From Octopus bimaculoides (Eukaryota), in NCBI RefSeq assembly GCF_001194135.2, contig NC_068981.1, forward strand, positions 78,087,474-78,151,473: a stretch of DNA of 64,000 nt. Direction: 5' to 3'. Each line of letters starts with the position of its first letter. Within the stretch, counting starts at the first letter, position 1. A model generated the notes under the pieces. It was not told the origin of the DNA. It did not search any database and saw only the letters and a list, made by a program, of their open reading frames with translations. Both the position numbers and the translations under genes were made by a program. This document shows positions 26,500 through 39,231 of the stretch, piece after piece.

Positions 26500-28110
26500 T
26501 AGGGACATTTCTTCTGATGGCATGGGGGCTTTAATTATCACAAACTGATATTTAAAATGGACAACTGGAGATTCTTCTAACAGGACGATAAACTTTTTTT
26601 TGCACAGTTTCTTTATGATATTTTGCTGTGAAGTTTCTGGTGGCAAAATTGAAGTTAAGTGCATCAAAAATTAAGAGAAAATTATTTAAATACTTCATCA
26701 ATCTAATGAAATCTTTTTGTTCTTTATTGTTCAGTTCTTTTCTAGGCAGATTTTTCTCAGCAACAGTATTTTGTTGATTCAATTCTTTGAGAAAACAAAT
26801 ATGCTTTCTGCAGAGATCTAGTTGGCAGCCTTTTGACTGAGTTTTTTTAATTTTTTTTTTTTAATTTTAACTTTTAATTTTAATTGGTTCCCTTGCTGAT
26901 ACAACAGCATGAATAGCATTAAATTCAATGTCTGAAAAGTCAAGAGGTTGCTCATACCAACAATAATTTTTACAATGCAGCTTTTAAGGAACAAGGGCTG
27001 TTTTAACATTGGAAATAAACTGTTCCATCCTGTCTTAGTATTGATTAATTACAATTCATAACAATAGTATTTCTTTAACATGTGTTGGAGACCTAAGAAC
27101 TGATTTGACAATTTGGCTGTTGTTCTTATTCTTTTTAATGATATTGCTAATGTTTGAATTTTCTCCATTGGAATGCTCTGCAATAGAAACTTATTCCAAT
27201 ATGCAGCAGATGGCCATAATTATTAACCACAATCATATTTGCAGAATTTATGCTTTGATCCTCATTCTCAAATATACCTTCAACCTCATAGTTGTCATTT
27301 CAAGGGTCATTAGTTAAATTAATATCGTCATAATTTCATTAAGTTTTCTTGTGAAGAACATCAAACTATCAAATGAAGTTCATGTGTGAAACACAATTGA
27401 TGTCTGCAGTTAATATCCTTAACCAACTTTAACTAAGACACTTGCTCTTTCAATTGTGAATGTAATTACATTTTTCTCTCAAATCCATGTTGAATTCAGA
27501 AAGCTTTATTTCTAAAAATTCAATTTTTTTTTTTTTCTCAGCAGGTAAATAATTTCCATAAATTCTGATTATTCTTAAATTCTAGAATTTACCAAAAAGT
27601 GTACACTTACATTCAATATCTGCAAGTATACAGAGATGTATATTCATCTAAATAAACACGGAATTTCCAGAATTTTTCTCTTTTATTTCACTGATCAAAA
27701 TTTTTTTAAATCATATTGACATCATATCATCTACATCAAAATAAGAGCCATTCTTCTGCTAAAACTAAACCTTTACCTGTAAGAGCTTTTCTCATAAAAG
27801 CATTTTTAACTATTGCACTCATAGAAAACCCATCAATAGCAACAGTTTTGGAGACTATTTTTTTCTACAGTTTCAGTTTCCTTTTGCAATGAAGATGGTT
27901 ATCTTCTGTTCATCAATTCCTCTTAAAGAAGATTCATATTCATCAATTTCAGTCGTACTTTTTTTTATGAGAAAATGTCTTTAAATGTTGAACCACCTGA
28001 GCACTTTAAGACAGTCTTGCAATGTATTACTAGTTTTTAAATAATATGGTTGGACATTCCTAGGAAATAGAATGCAATTACATTTTTAACCAATTTTCCC
28101 GAGAATCCTA
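26500..28110 (-). mobile_element. Decayed hAT transposase and element
   Basis: Minus strand: IVSKTVAIDGFSMSAIVKNAFMRK; LDEYTSL; TKTGWNSLFPML..LKSCI (cf. TRWNS); FSDIEFNAIHAVVSAREPIK; LNQQN. Degenerate TTCCCGGGA-like subterminal motifs at 28050-28110. Confidence 0.75.
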
Positions 28111-29704
28111 GAAGAGAAGCCATAGTAGTGATATGCTATATGGTAGATTATATCTAACCTACAAACATGATAAAATGAATGTTAGAATAATGATAATGAC
28201 ATTTAACTGGTTAGATAAGTATTTTACAACCTGATACACATGTTAAAATTAAGCACACAGCTATGAAATGAGTCTAACATAACTTCATTATATTACTATT
28301 TCTACAGAATTAAAAACAAAATTTTAAAAGTAGCCAAAAAAAAAAAAACTATGATTAATGGAGATGTTGAACTCTCTAACACTGTAAGCTGTAGTACATA
28401 TATAGTATGATAGAATTGAATTCAAAGTGCTGTAAAGTTTCTAATGAAATTTTACCTTTCTAAGAGATGCGAGAGGAGAATGTACATTGACAGAGATGAT
28501 GACATCCTTGTGAAAACCATAACAAATTGACACACTTAGTAAACAGTCTAACTATTGATGAAATCACTGGAGATAAATTCTTTCATTACTATGACAACTT
28601 AATCCATCTTATACAAATTAAAATAGATGCTGCTGCTAAACATATACGTGGCTATTTTGAGAATTTAACTGACTACAGATATATAACGTTGAAACCTATG
28701 AAATTTAGTTTCTGGAAGAAAATAACTATTGGATAAGAAATTAATGTGTGATACTACATGATATATGATATATTTGCCATATATTGACCTAAAATTCTAA
28801 TAATCCAAAAATTCCAACAGTTCTCTAATGTCTGAGAATTATGGTAAAAACAGAGAGACCTCTATTTATTTAAGAAACTGGTCAACTCTGGAACTAGGTT
28901 ATATCTAACTGAAATATGAACTATAATATGTGATTTCAATGAATGAAAGCTAATCGTTTAAATTTTTATTCGTTTATTTTATTTTCATAATGGTTGGGTG
29001 GTGCTCTTGATTTAGATGTTTTTAATATAAGTTGAATATTTAAGCAAATGTAAATGATATTTTCCCTTCAAGTTTTCATTTAACATCCTTTGCTCCTTTA
29101 TCCTGCTATCCAAAGTTGTTTTCTAATCACTATGCTTCATTTTAAGATATGTGCTACTCTAAAACAAAGATCAGTATTCTGATTTTTTTTAATATTATTT
29201 TTTATCACTTATTAAGGAGAAAAATAAATCACGAGTTTGATCCTTTGAACAGGCTTAATTTAATGATTCGATACATATTCTCATTGAGAGCAGTTAGACT
29301 TCATTTGTAAGGCTGCAAGAAACAATATATTAAGAAGTAAGTTGGGAAGAAAAAAAATTATCTTGTTTTCAGTACTTTCACCTAATCATAGTCATTTTAA
29401 TCATCAGGATTTGTCCTAATGTTAAGCTATTACTATAAGTACCTTTACTAAGGTTAAGCTAGTTACTATAAGTATCTTTGGCATCGTCAAACAAGTTCAT
29501 TCCAGCCCATTAACTCTCTAAGTTGTATGGAATGATTGCAGGATTGTGATGGATGGTACAGTTTTACTGTTTCCTTTAGAAATTAAGTCTTTTTCTTCCC
29601 TCAAAGGAAAAGATTTCCTACTATTTGATGCAATTGAGATTTTACTTATGTTGTATCTATTGCTGTGCTCTCATTACAACCTTCAGATGGATTTTGTTGT
29701 AGTC

Positions 29705-29835
29705 TTAATGCTGTTATTGTTGTTTAGCCCCAAGTCTGCTCTGATGGAGCAGACCTATGATCAAAAGCATTCCATCCAACATCACTCCAGGTTTTTTTTT
29801 TTTTCCTTGTATCTAAGACTTTGTATTGAGCATAA
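29705..29835 (-). mobile_element. (AAC)n-tailed repeat family, 3' part
   Basis: GTTATTGTTGTTTAGCCCCAAGTCTGCTCTGATGGAGCAGACCTATGATCAAAAGCATTCCA. Confidence 0.7.
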
Positions 29836-30929
29836 CTGAATCAGTCGACTTGGATTTTGCTATGAAAAGCAAACAAAAGAAAGTGCAGTCATTTCTTATT
29901 TTTATTCTCTCATTCTTTAATATATATTTATCTGTTTTTTTTTTTTTTATTTTTTATTATTCTTCCTTTCCACCAAAACTTGCTTTTCTCTCTGTATGAT
30001 GTTATGATGTCAGTTATTTTCTTACATATTTTTTTCTACAGTCATTAGTTTAGAACTCCTCCAAGAAAAAGATGCCATCTTAATAATAGACAAGACCATC
30101 TGAAGAACACACCCTAACAACTAGCCTACAACATGCTTCTGATACTCTGAAATTGCTGACTATATCACCTATCACAACCTCTGCTTTTTTCATGTCTATT
30201 ACATTTCACTCCTAACTCAAATCCCATATTAAAGGTTTGCCTCCACCTTTCTCTCTTACAACTACATTTTTAATGTAAAAACTTCTCTCATACTTTCCAT
30301 CAACACTGACTTGCAATATTTCAGTTTGAATATTAATCATACTAACTACAAACTATAACATTTCTATCTCCAATTAATGTGAATTTAAGTGAGTGCTACC
30401 AATATTTGTCAAACTAATGACAAAAACAATTTTTTGTTTTCTTTTTTTGTATTCTTTTTTTTTTTTACTTGTTTCAGTCATTTGACTACAGCCATGCTGG
30501 AGCACCACCTTAAAATCTAAAAAAAAAAAACAAAGAAAAAATAGATTCCTTTCTAGTGAAGCTTTTATTGTTCTACAGTTCTGTTGATCTAGATATTTAA
30601 TTATAATAATATTATAAGAAACAGTTTTTAGAACTGAAATTCCTTGAATATTATTCCAAATACTAATCACTACTCAGCTCATTACCTTTTTGTTATATTT
30701 CTGTTGAAATACACTACTTTTATTTCAATTAATTCTGAAAATAATGAAACATTTAATGAAGTAATTTTTGTCATTAAGTTGGTGTTTGGAATGGAACATA
30801 AATTTATATGAAATTTCTATGAAAGATTTTAATTTAGATCCCTATAGAACCAAGAATTTACATCTTAGAACTTGGAACAGCCTGGTGAGTTGGTATTGAA
30901 AGAGTTAAATGATGATTTTTCACCAGTTC

Positions 30930-31138
30930 AGACTGTGTGGTGTTGGCCAACCTGCTAAAAATAGTAAGCCAATCTTCCTCAAATCACAACATGCCATCAT
31001 CAAGAAAGCAATACATCTGTATTGGATAAAGTAGCCCTAGATATTCTGTGAAAAACAAACACACAATGGCAGCAGTTAGGATGCTTTTGATTATGTGAGA
31101 ACTGCTTAGTCATAGCTGAACTGGATCTAAACAACAGT
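30930..31138 (+). mobile_element. (AAC)n-tailed repeat family, diverged near full-length copy
   Basis: Head GGTGTTGGCCAACCTGCTAAAAATAGTAAGCCAATCTTCCTCAAATCAC; tail GGATCTAAACAACAG. Confidence 0.6.
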
Positions 31139-31803
31139 CTGTGTGAAGTAATAACAATGTCTTACTTCATGTGTGGATGAGAGATTGGGCTGGAACTTTT
31201 CTCTCTAATTCTATGGTTTAGTCATGTGGGAGCCCTAACTGTTTGGCAAGCCCTGTCTGCAGGCCATCTCAGACTGAGGAAGTAAATGAGGCAATTTGAG
31301 TGATGTTCAGCAATGAGGCAATTTGAGTGATTTTTGCACATTGGTGCATATAAAAGAAAATTTGTGCAGAGAGTTGTAGAGAAATGTGACAAAGATTGGA
31401 GGAAGTGTTCTTGTTATTTAACTCGAAGTCAATTATGATTGGACAGAAACAGCTATGACCAGTGGTTTTGGCTCCATTGGAGTACTGTTTAGAACATTGA
31501 ACCATATCCCAAAAGCAATAAATATTGCCCTACCAAATTTTCTCTGGGAGTTTCCAAATCTCAAGTCAACTGAATCAAAGCCATTCTGCCACTTCAGACT
31601 CAAATTGGGACATTGAACTTGGACTAGGAAAACCAACAGCTGCATCAAAAGCTTTCAAGCCATAACCATCATGTCTTTTAGGGGTTGTATCAGGCTAAAT
31701 TATCAAATATGTCCTTTCTTTTTTTTAAATGATAAGGAGCTTTGGCTGTTATTGAGGACCCTACAAAATCCATGGGTCCAAGAAATATTTCTTTAGAAGT
31801 ACT

Positions 31804-32703
31804 GTTGCCAGTGCCCCTGGACTGGCTCTTGTGCGGGTGACACATGAGGTTTCTTTCGAGCAAGATCGCTGCCGGTGCCCCTAGACTGGCTCATGTGCGG
31901 GTGACACATGAAATCTTTCGAGCGGGATCGTTGCCAGTGCCCCTGGACTGGCTCATGTGCGGGCGACACGTGATATCTTTCGAGCGAGTTCGTTGCCAGT
32001 GCCCCTGGACTGGCTCTTGTGCGGGTGACACATGAAATGTTTCGAGTGGGATCGTTGCCAGTGCCCCCGGGCTGGCTCGTGTGCGGGCGAAACATGGGGT
32101 CTTTCGNNNNNNNNNNNNNNNNNNNNNNNNNNNNNNNNNNNNNNNNNNNNNNNNNNNNNNNNNNNNNNNNNNNNNNNNNNNNNNNNNNNNNNNNNNNNNN
32201 NNNNNNNNNNNNNNNNNNNNNNNNNNNNNNNNNNNNNNNNNNNNNNNNNNNNNNNNNNNNNNNNNNNNNNNNNNNNNNNNNNNNNNNNNNNNNNNNNNNN
32301 NNNNNNNNNNNNNNNNNNNNNNNNNNNNNNNNNNNNNNNNNNNNNNNNNNNNNNNNNNNNNNNNNNNNNNNNNNNNNNNNNNNNNNNNNNNNNNNNNNNN
32401 NNNNNNNNNNACATGAGGTTTTTCGAGCGAGATCGTTGCCGGTGCCCCTGGACTGGCTCTTGTGCGGGTGGCACATAAAAGACACCATTTCGAGCGTGGC
32501 CGTTTTCGTGCGGGTGACACGTAAAAGCACCCACTACACTCTCTGAGTGGTTGGCGTTAGGAAGGGCATCCAGTTGTAGAAACTCTGCCAAATTAGATTG
32601 GAGCCTGGTGTTGCCATCCGGTTTCACCAGGCCTCAGTCAAATCGTCCAACCCATGCTAGCATGGAAGGCGGACGTTAAACGATGATGATGATGATGATG
32701 ATG
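31804..32703 (+). mobile_element. RTE-tailed SINE-like element carrying a ~62-bp minisatellite (at least 6 units, array broken by gap 32107-32410), (GAT)n tail
   Basis: Unit GTTGCCAGTGCCCCTGGACTGGCTCWTGTGCGGGTGACACATGAAATCTTTCGAGCGGGATC starts at about 31805, 31867, 31930, 31991, 32053 and 32435. Then body GCACCCACTACACTCTCTGAGTGGTTGGCGTTAGGAAGGGCATCCAG..AACCCATGCTAGCATGGAAGGCGGACGTTAAACGATGATG. Confidence 0.9.
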
Positions 32704-33155
32704 AAGTACATTTTGAAGATCCTTAAAATGCAGAATTTAGTGTGAAGTTCAGTGGTGCTGATGGATCTGTTTCTTTTATGTCTGTTTTCCCATGCTAGCT
32801 TGAGTCACATGAAATATATTTTCAGGTATTGCTTTATAGTTGAAGGCTATTCCTAGCACTCATCTTTAATTGTTTTTCTAGTTTTTCTTTTATTCTAGTC
32901 CTCTCCAAACATTCAAAGCTACAGGCTGATTTGTGAGCAGAATGTCAATAAAATATCACAATATTTTGCTCAATGTTTTCATGCAAGGACATAGAATGTA
33001 AAGATTCACATAGCCACACACACACATGCGCATGCATGCATGTATACACATTATATAAGTATATATATATATATATATATATATAAATATGTGTGCATGC
33101 ACACATTTGTTTATAAGCATGAATAATGTATATGAGTGTGTAAAGAAAGAGTTTT

Positions 33156-33206
<51 letters not shown>

Positions 33207-33993
33207 CTAATCTGTATGGCAATGTTTATGATAATAGTGCCTTTTCAGAGAACATACATTGATTGTTCTAGAGATTTGCATTTGGTCTTAGTTGGAGCCA
33301 AATTTGAACATGTAACCTTCCCGCATGTAGTCAAGTTCTTTGACTTCAATGGNNNNNNNNNNNNNNNNNNNNNNNNNNNNNNNNNNNNNNNNNNNNNNNN
33401 NNNNNNNNNNNNNNNNNNNNNNNNNNNNNNNNNNNNNNNNNNNNNNNNNNNNNNNNNNNNNNNNNNNNNNNNNNNNNNNNNNNNNNNNNNNNNNNNNNNN
33501 NNNNNNNNNNNNNNNNNNNNNNNNNNNNNNNNNNNNNNNNNNNNNNNNNNNNNNNNNNNNNNNNNNNNNNNNNNNNNNNNNNNNNNNNNNNNNNNNNNNN
33601 NNNNNNNNNNNNNNNNNNNNNNNNNNNNNNNNNNNNNNNNNNNNNNNNNNNNNNNNNNNNNNNNNNNNNNNNNNNNNNNNNNNNNNNNNNNNNNNNNNNN
33701 NNNNNNNNNNNNNNNNNNNNNNNNNNNNNNNNNNNNNNNNNNNNNNNNNNNNNNNNNNNNNNNNNNNNNNNNNNNNNNNNNNNNNNNNNNNNNNNNNNNN
33801 NNNNNNNNNNNNNNNNNNNNNNNNNNNNNNNNNNNNNNNNNNNNNNNNNNNNNNNNNNNNNNNNNNNNNNNNNNNNNNNNNNNNNNNNNNNNNNNNNNNN
33901 NNNNNNNNNNNNNNNNNNNNNNNNNNNNNNNNNNNNNNNNNNNNNNNNNNNNNNNNNNNNNNNNNNNNNNNNNNNNCGTTTTTATTTACACAC

Positions 33994-34041
<48 letters not shown>

Positions 34042-34054
34042 TATATATACACAC

Positions 34055-34096
<42 letters not shown>

Positions 34097-34198
34097 ATGC
34101 ACACATTTGTTTGTAGCCATGAATAATGTATGTGAGTGCGTAAAGAATGAGCTTTTATACATACACACACACACACATACACACACACACACATACAC

Positions 34199-34400
34199 AG
34201 ATTGGGTATCCGATGGCAGATATGTAAGTGACTTCGAAGTGCTTGAACACTGTGAGTCTACCAGTATAGAGTCTCCAGTACTTCAGTACTAATTACAATG
34301 GTGTCATGTGGTCAGAGTGGAAGATCATCATGCCTCTAAGTAACCTTTGTGTGGTCAGTTGTCTCATGGAAAAGCCACATTTGTGCTGCTTGTGTTTATG
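34199..34400 (+). mobile_element. RTE (BovB-like) LINE 3' fragment
   Basis: DWVSDGRYVSDFEVLEHCESTSIESPVLQY*LQWCHVVRVEDHHASK*PLCGQLSHGK, cf. V.N.EVL...SIE..L...QLRW.GHV.RM.D.RLPK.LLYGEL..GK. Confidence 0.65.
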
Positions 34401-35599
34401 AGAACAATCAAGTGAAAGTATTATTTGAAATGTGTGTGTGTGACTGCATGTGCATATAGATGTGTATGTACATGTATGTTTATATGTATGTGTGTGTATA
34501 TATATACATATATGTTTGTGTGTGTGTGTGTGTATATATATATATTTATNNNNNNNNNNTATACACATACACACACATATGAATTCCTTTTCTCTATGTG
34601 TACACTAGTTAATTTAATCATTCCATTTCTATTTGCGGATGGATCTTTCTAACTTTAATTGAACACATGGCATGCTTTATATGTTGCATTACAGAAATAT
34701 AATACTACATACCTTGAACCTTACAGCTCTTCTCTGACACCTTAGCTGAGTGGGCCCCCAAAATACAAGAAAGTGAATAGGAATGAGTAAGGACAGAAGA
34801 GCATGAAGGGTCGCATGTGTACATAGGATGAATAAGGGATGGTTAGAGATGAGGTCGGGATAGAGCTCAACTATAATGAATGATGAACAAGAGTTGGGGG
34901 GTGGTCAGTGATAAATACACCTCGTCAGGAAGGTAGGAGAGATTAGTTAGGATTCAAAGGTCAATGTACTGCATAGTGGACATGAGTAGATGGGTGGGAG
35001 GGGTGATCAATTATACATGAATAGGAGGGCAGGTAGGTAAGAGTAGGTGATGACTGGCAGTACAGAAAGAGGTGAGGAGCACCAGAATAATAATAATAAT
35101 AATAATAATAATGATGATAGAAATAATAATGATAATAATGCAGTAGACAGAGGAACGATGAAGGATCAGGAAATGATGTGTGGGTAGGGTAAGTTGGAAG
35201 AGTGTGAGGATAAAGAGAGAAATTGTGTTTGTGTGTGGAGAAAGTAAGAGATGTGTGGTGATAGAGGCAAATCAACAGGGAGTTCAGTGGAGAGACAGAG
35301 GTAATTTGGAAGCCCATATGAGTGATCGATGTAAAATAGGACTTGGTGGGGTCACTGTTAAAAATGAAGAATGGATGTCAAGTGAAATAGTTCCAGGAAG
35401 TGAGAAAGATAACTGGTATCACAGAAAAGAGGATGAAATATGTAGTTCAGCTCTCATTCATTTAGAACAGCAGAATACAGCAGTTAAAGTAAGTGATTCA
35501 GGGATCAGTGATAGGAAAATGAGAGATGTGAAGAGAAGGTTTCACAAGGAAATTGAGTGGGTAAACTGTATATATTATTTCTAGTACCTCAGTTTCACC

Positions 35600-36010
35600 A
35601 AGAAGGGCAGGTTTTCTCAAACATCGCATATTGCCAATCATCCAAGTCTTTCGTCATCTTCTTTGTGTGGTTCAAATTCCTGAAATCCTATTCCTTCCTG
35701 GGTCTCCCTCTTCCTCTAGCTCTATTTACATTAAGAGATTATCACTTCTTTGTATCGTTATCCACATTCATATCACAGAAAAGAGGGTGAAATATGTAGT
35801 TCAACTCTCATTCATATAGAACAGCACACTTTGTCGTTCATTCACACAAACATTGTGTACCCCATGAAGCATGCTCACTTCATTTCTTTTCAGTCTTTGC
35901 CAGCTCTCTACATTCAGGGTGTGTATCTCACTAAGCATCATTCAATCTCCCTTTCATTCTGAGAGAGAAAGATTTCAGTCCTTTCTTTCATAAGTTGAAT
36001 CTCATCACCT
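35600..36010 (-). mobile_element. RTE LINE 3' remnant
   Basis: Minus: FSLRMKGRL; RLKRNEVSML..NVCVNERQSV; RGRGRPRK..MTKDLDDWQYAMFEKT. Confidence 0.75.
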
Positions 36011-36013
36011 AGC

Positions 36014-36262
36014 ATAAAACCACCTCCCTCTCTACTGTTCTCCCAATCAGCTGATGGTGATTTTAGTCTTGTGAGCTATATAAGCACCTCACTAGTACTG
36101 GTATTTCAGAAAAGCACCCAGGTCACTCTGTAAAGGAAGGGCAGCAAGTCATAGGAACCATTCTAATGTAGACATTGGAGCATGATACGGTCCTCTGACA
36201 TGACAAATTCTGTCAAACCATTCAACCTGTACCAGCATGGACAAAAGTACATTAAAAGATGG
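36014..36262 (+). mobile_element. RTE-tailed SINE-like element, subfamily shared with 56393-56660
   Basis: Both copies start ATAAAACCACCTCCCTCTC and carry AAGCACCCAG..CACTCTGTAAAG..CTGTCAAAC.ATYCAACC..CAGCAT. Confidence 0.6.
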
Positions 36263-36385
36263 TGTGTGTATAGTTATGTATGTGTGTATGTATATATGTA
36301 TGTGTGTATGTTTACGTATGTGTGTGTGTGTGTGTGTATATGTATATATAATAATAATAATAATAATAATAAAAATAATAATAAT

Positions 36386-36397
36386 AGATCGGAAGAG
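36386..36397 (+). other. Illumina adapter remnant (AGATCGGAAGAG) at a contig end
   Basis: Exact 12-mer adapter start immediately before the N-gap at 36398-36407. Confidence 0.9.
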
Positions 36398-36411
36398 NNN
36401 NNNNNNNATAT

Positions 36412-36780
36412 ATATTTAGGCGCAGGTGTGGCTGTGTGGTAAGAAGCTTCCAGGTTCAGTCCCACTGTGTGGCACCTTGGGCAAGTGTCTTCTTCTGTAA
36501 CTTCGGGCTGACCAAAGCCTTGTGAGTGGATTTGGTAGACAGAAACTGAAAGAAGCCCATTGTATATGTATATATGTTTGTGTGTCTGTGTTTGCCCCTT
36601 CGCTTGACAACCAATGTTAGTGTGTTTACAACCCTGTAACTCAACAGTTTGGCAAAAGAGACCAATAGGATAAGTACTAGGCTTACAAAGAATAAGTCCT
36701 GGGGTCAATTTGTTTGACTAAAGGTGGTGCTCCAGAATGGCCACAGTCAAAAGACTGAAACCAATAAAAAGAAAGCAAAA
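36412..36780 (+). mobile_element. Near full-length tRNA/CORE-like SINE
   Basis: A-box-like GTGGCTGTGTGGT, B-box-like GGTTCAGTCCC, core GGCACCTTGGGCAAGTGTCTTC, 3' end GGTGCTCCAGAATGGCCACAGTC..GACTGAAAC. The head has an internal deletion relative to other copies. Confidence 0.85.
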
Positions 36781-37047
36781 AGAATATGCATATCTATAAT
36801 ACATGCATATATATGCATGTATAGAGATGCATTTATGTATATATATATTTATATATATACACACATCTGCACATGTCTAGATTATGTATACTTTCAGTAT
36901 ACATGTACATCCATAAATGTATACACATATTTATGTGTATGCATGTATGTTTGTATTATAAGCATGCATGTGTATACATTATATATATATGTTCATATGT
37001 ATTTTAATATATGTGTATGTCTGTACTTTTATAGACACAAGTATGTT

Positions 37048-37115
<68 letters not shown>

Positions 37116-39005
37116 TATATGCATATATGAACATACATATTCATGCATGGCTTACATCACATTGCTCTGTTGTGTTTTTTTATACACACATTTTATGACA
37201 ATATAATAAGCAATGTTTTTTGCTTTTCATTTTGCATCTATTAATTTCCTTTTCCCTCCTGAAATAAATATTGAAAATGTCATATGCTACATAAAAATGT
37301 GGTATATTCATTTCACATTCATTCTCTTCAAATTCTTTCGTATATGTTATGGTATTTCCTTTCTTTAATTTATTTTACTTTTCTGTAGAATTTTTTTCTT
37401 TTTGTATAAAGTTCTTCAAAATATATACTGGCATGAACATTCTCTATGATAAAATCCTGTTAAATTTAAAAAAATATATATATGTAGACACTTTTTGTTT
37501 TTGCTTGTGGAGTTTAAAATCAGCTTAGCACTAGTATCATGTTGTCAAATTCCAAATATAAGGCTTATTTTGTTGGTGATGTCAGTGCTGTTATTTAATA
37601 GAGGCAGTGGTTTAGCTTTTGACTAGTGATAAAGGATGAAATTATAATGCAAACTGTTGGCATTATTGGTTGTCATATCTTAAAGTTAGAGTAAATGAAG
37701 TTTGGCATAGCTATCCAGTTAGAGTAAATGTCGGTCATATATTCATTTCTACACTACGACTAGTATGATGTGAAACATCTACTGAAGAGGACACAAATAT
37801 TTATTGTAGACACATATGGAAGAAATAAACAGTATAGATACATAAATATTTAACTTTCCAGTCAAGTTCTCCACACAAGGTTATTTATCTCTGTCTCAAA
37901 CAGTAAACGGTGTGCCTGTAGATAATATTTTATCGATATTTATTTTGAATTCTAATATCACCTTGTTATCTTTATTCCACAGTCTTTGTCCACTGATCTT
38001 CCTCAATTGAAATAAATTAACAAAAAAATAAAAAAAATAAATGTATCATTAAATAAAGTGGTGACAGCTGAAGCCATTTTAGTTATAATATGAATTTCAG
38101 AAATATAGGAAGCTAAATTGCAAAATATTGCTAACAACATGCTAAGCAATTTTGCTAATTGATTCATCATGATAATGTTCTAGTTAGATACAAAGCCATT
38201 TTGTAAACAAATACATTCTTTTTTTTTCCTGATTGATGTAATTTGACATATGTATCATAGATATAGGAAGGAATATTCTTTACTTAATGATTCATTTGGT
38301 TCCAATCATGAGAGAGCGTTGAGTAAGAGGTTAGTTAATATATAAATGTTATCAAGTTGGTTAACTATCTCTTGTTGAGAGTTGACTCTTGAATTTTTTG
38401 TTTTTTCTTTTTATATGTTAAATAAGGAATAATGAAACTACAGATTAAGGCATAATCAGTGATTTGAGCAAATAAATCATTTACAAATAATAAGTTATCA
38501 AATGTCTCTATATTTTTACACTCCCTTGATGTTTCTCTGCTGCACACTTTAGATTTGTCATTTGATATGGTGTTGCAGCTTGTATTTAATTCACATTGTG
38601 TGGAGAGAGTGTCTTTTTTTTTTGTAAGTATGTCAAATGTTCATTGTTTCCATTATAGTCATTAACTTTCCTTTATAAATGTTGACCAGCTGCAAGTTTT
38701 TTGAAATTTGAATCTTGAGACTTGAAAATCTCAATTACTATTTTTAAAAGATTTTGTTGAGTGCTTTGAAAGTGAGGGAATAAACAAGAATTTTCATTGT
38801 TAGATCTTCTCCAAATTTTTTGAAAGTGTGTAAATCAATTCAGGCATTTTATGATGAAAGTGTAATGCAAACTAATTGAGTGTTTCAACATTCACACATG
38901 AATTATCAAGGCACATTGACGTTAAATTTCTTAATGAAATCATTATGAATGTTTAGCATCTATTTTTTGTAATTAACTATCAAGTTTTAATTTTTATAAT
39001 TTTTG

Positions 39006-39231
39006 TTAAAAATATCATTGACCCAGCCATATCAGACCCAAATATTCTTCCTGCTTTATGTTCAAACTGGCTATATTGAGCCTTACAATGCCTACCTTAC
39101 AATGTCATTCTAAAAATAAGCAATCACACCATTAAAATGTGAAGGCTACAAGATAATGCAGGATCAATTGAAAACAATGTAAATAAACAAGGATTATATT
39201 TGACAGAATTATTTCAATGCTAAAGGGTTAA
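39006..39231. mobile_element. Second copy of the TTAA-type MITE
   Basis: Right TIR AATGCTAAAGGGTTAA (39216-39231). Interior matches 11521-11746 (TGTCATTCTAAAAAT..CAATCACA..AGATAATGCA). Confidence 0.7.

Noticed and set aside
31340-31600. APLEYC motif suggesting a CR1 remnant (similar SILEYC near 53010, minus)
   Set aside because: A single short motif with no flanking support that I could confirm.
32525-32590. HDV-like fold in the RTE-tailed SINE body (CACTCTCTGAGTG..GGAAGGGCATCC)
   Set aside because: I could not place P1, P1.1 and a C-x-A-A J4/2 consistently.
31793-32627. Long ORFs over the 62-bp array; superficially CRISPR-like repeats
   Set aside because: The units are head-to-tail with no unique spacers, there are no cas genes, the context is eukaryotic, and the ORFs are inflated by Ns.
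33216-34292. 358-aa ORF and other X-containing ORFs
   Set aside because: Mostly N-gap and microsatellite translation.
34895-34935. Minus-strand CTGACGA-GGTG..CACT hammerhead-like start
   Set aside because: The GAAA box is missing.
36412-36480. tRNA-like A/B boxes here and in other SINE heads
   Set aside because: No cloverleaf, and they continue into SINE bodies, so they are not tRNA genes.
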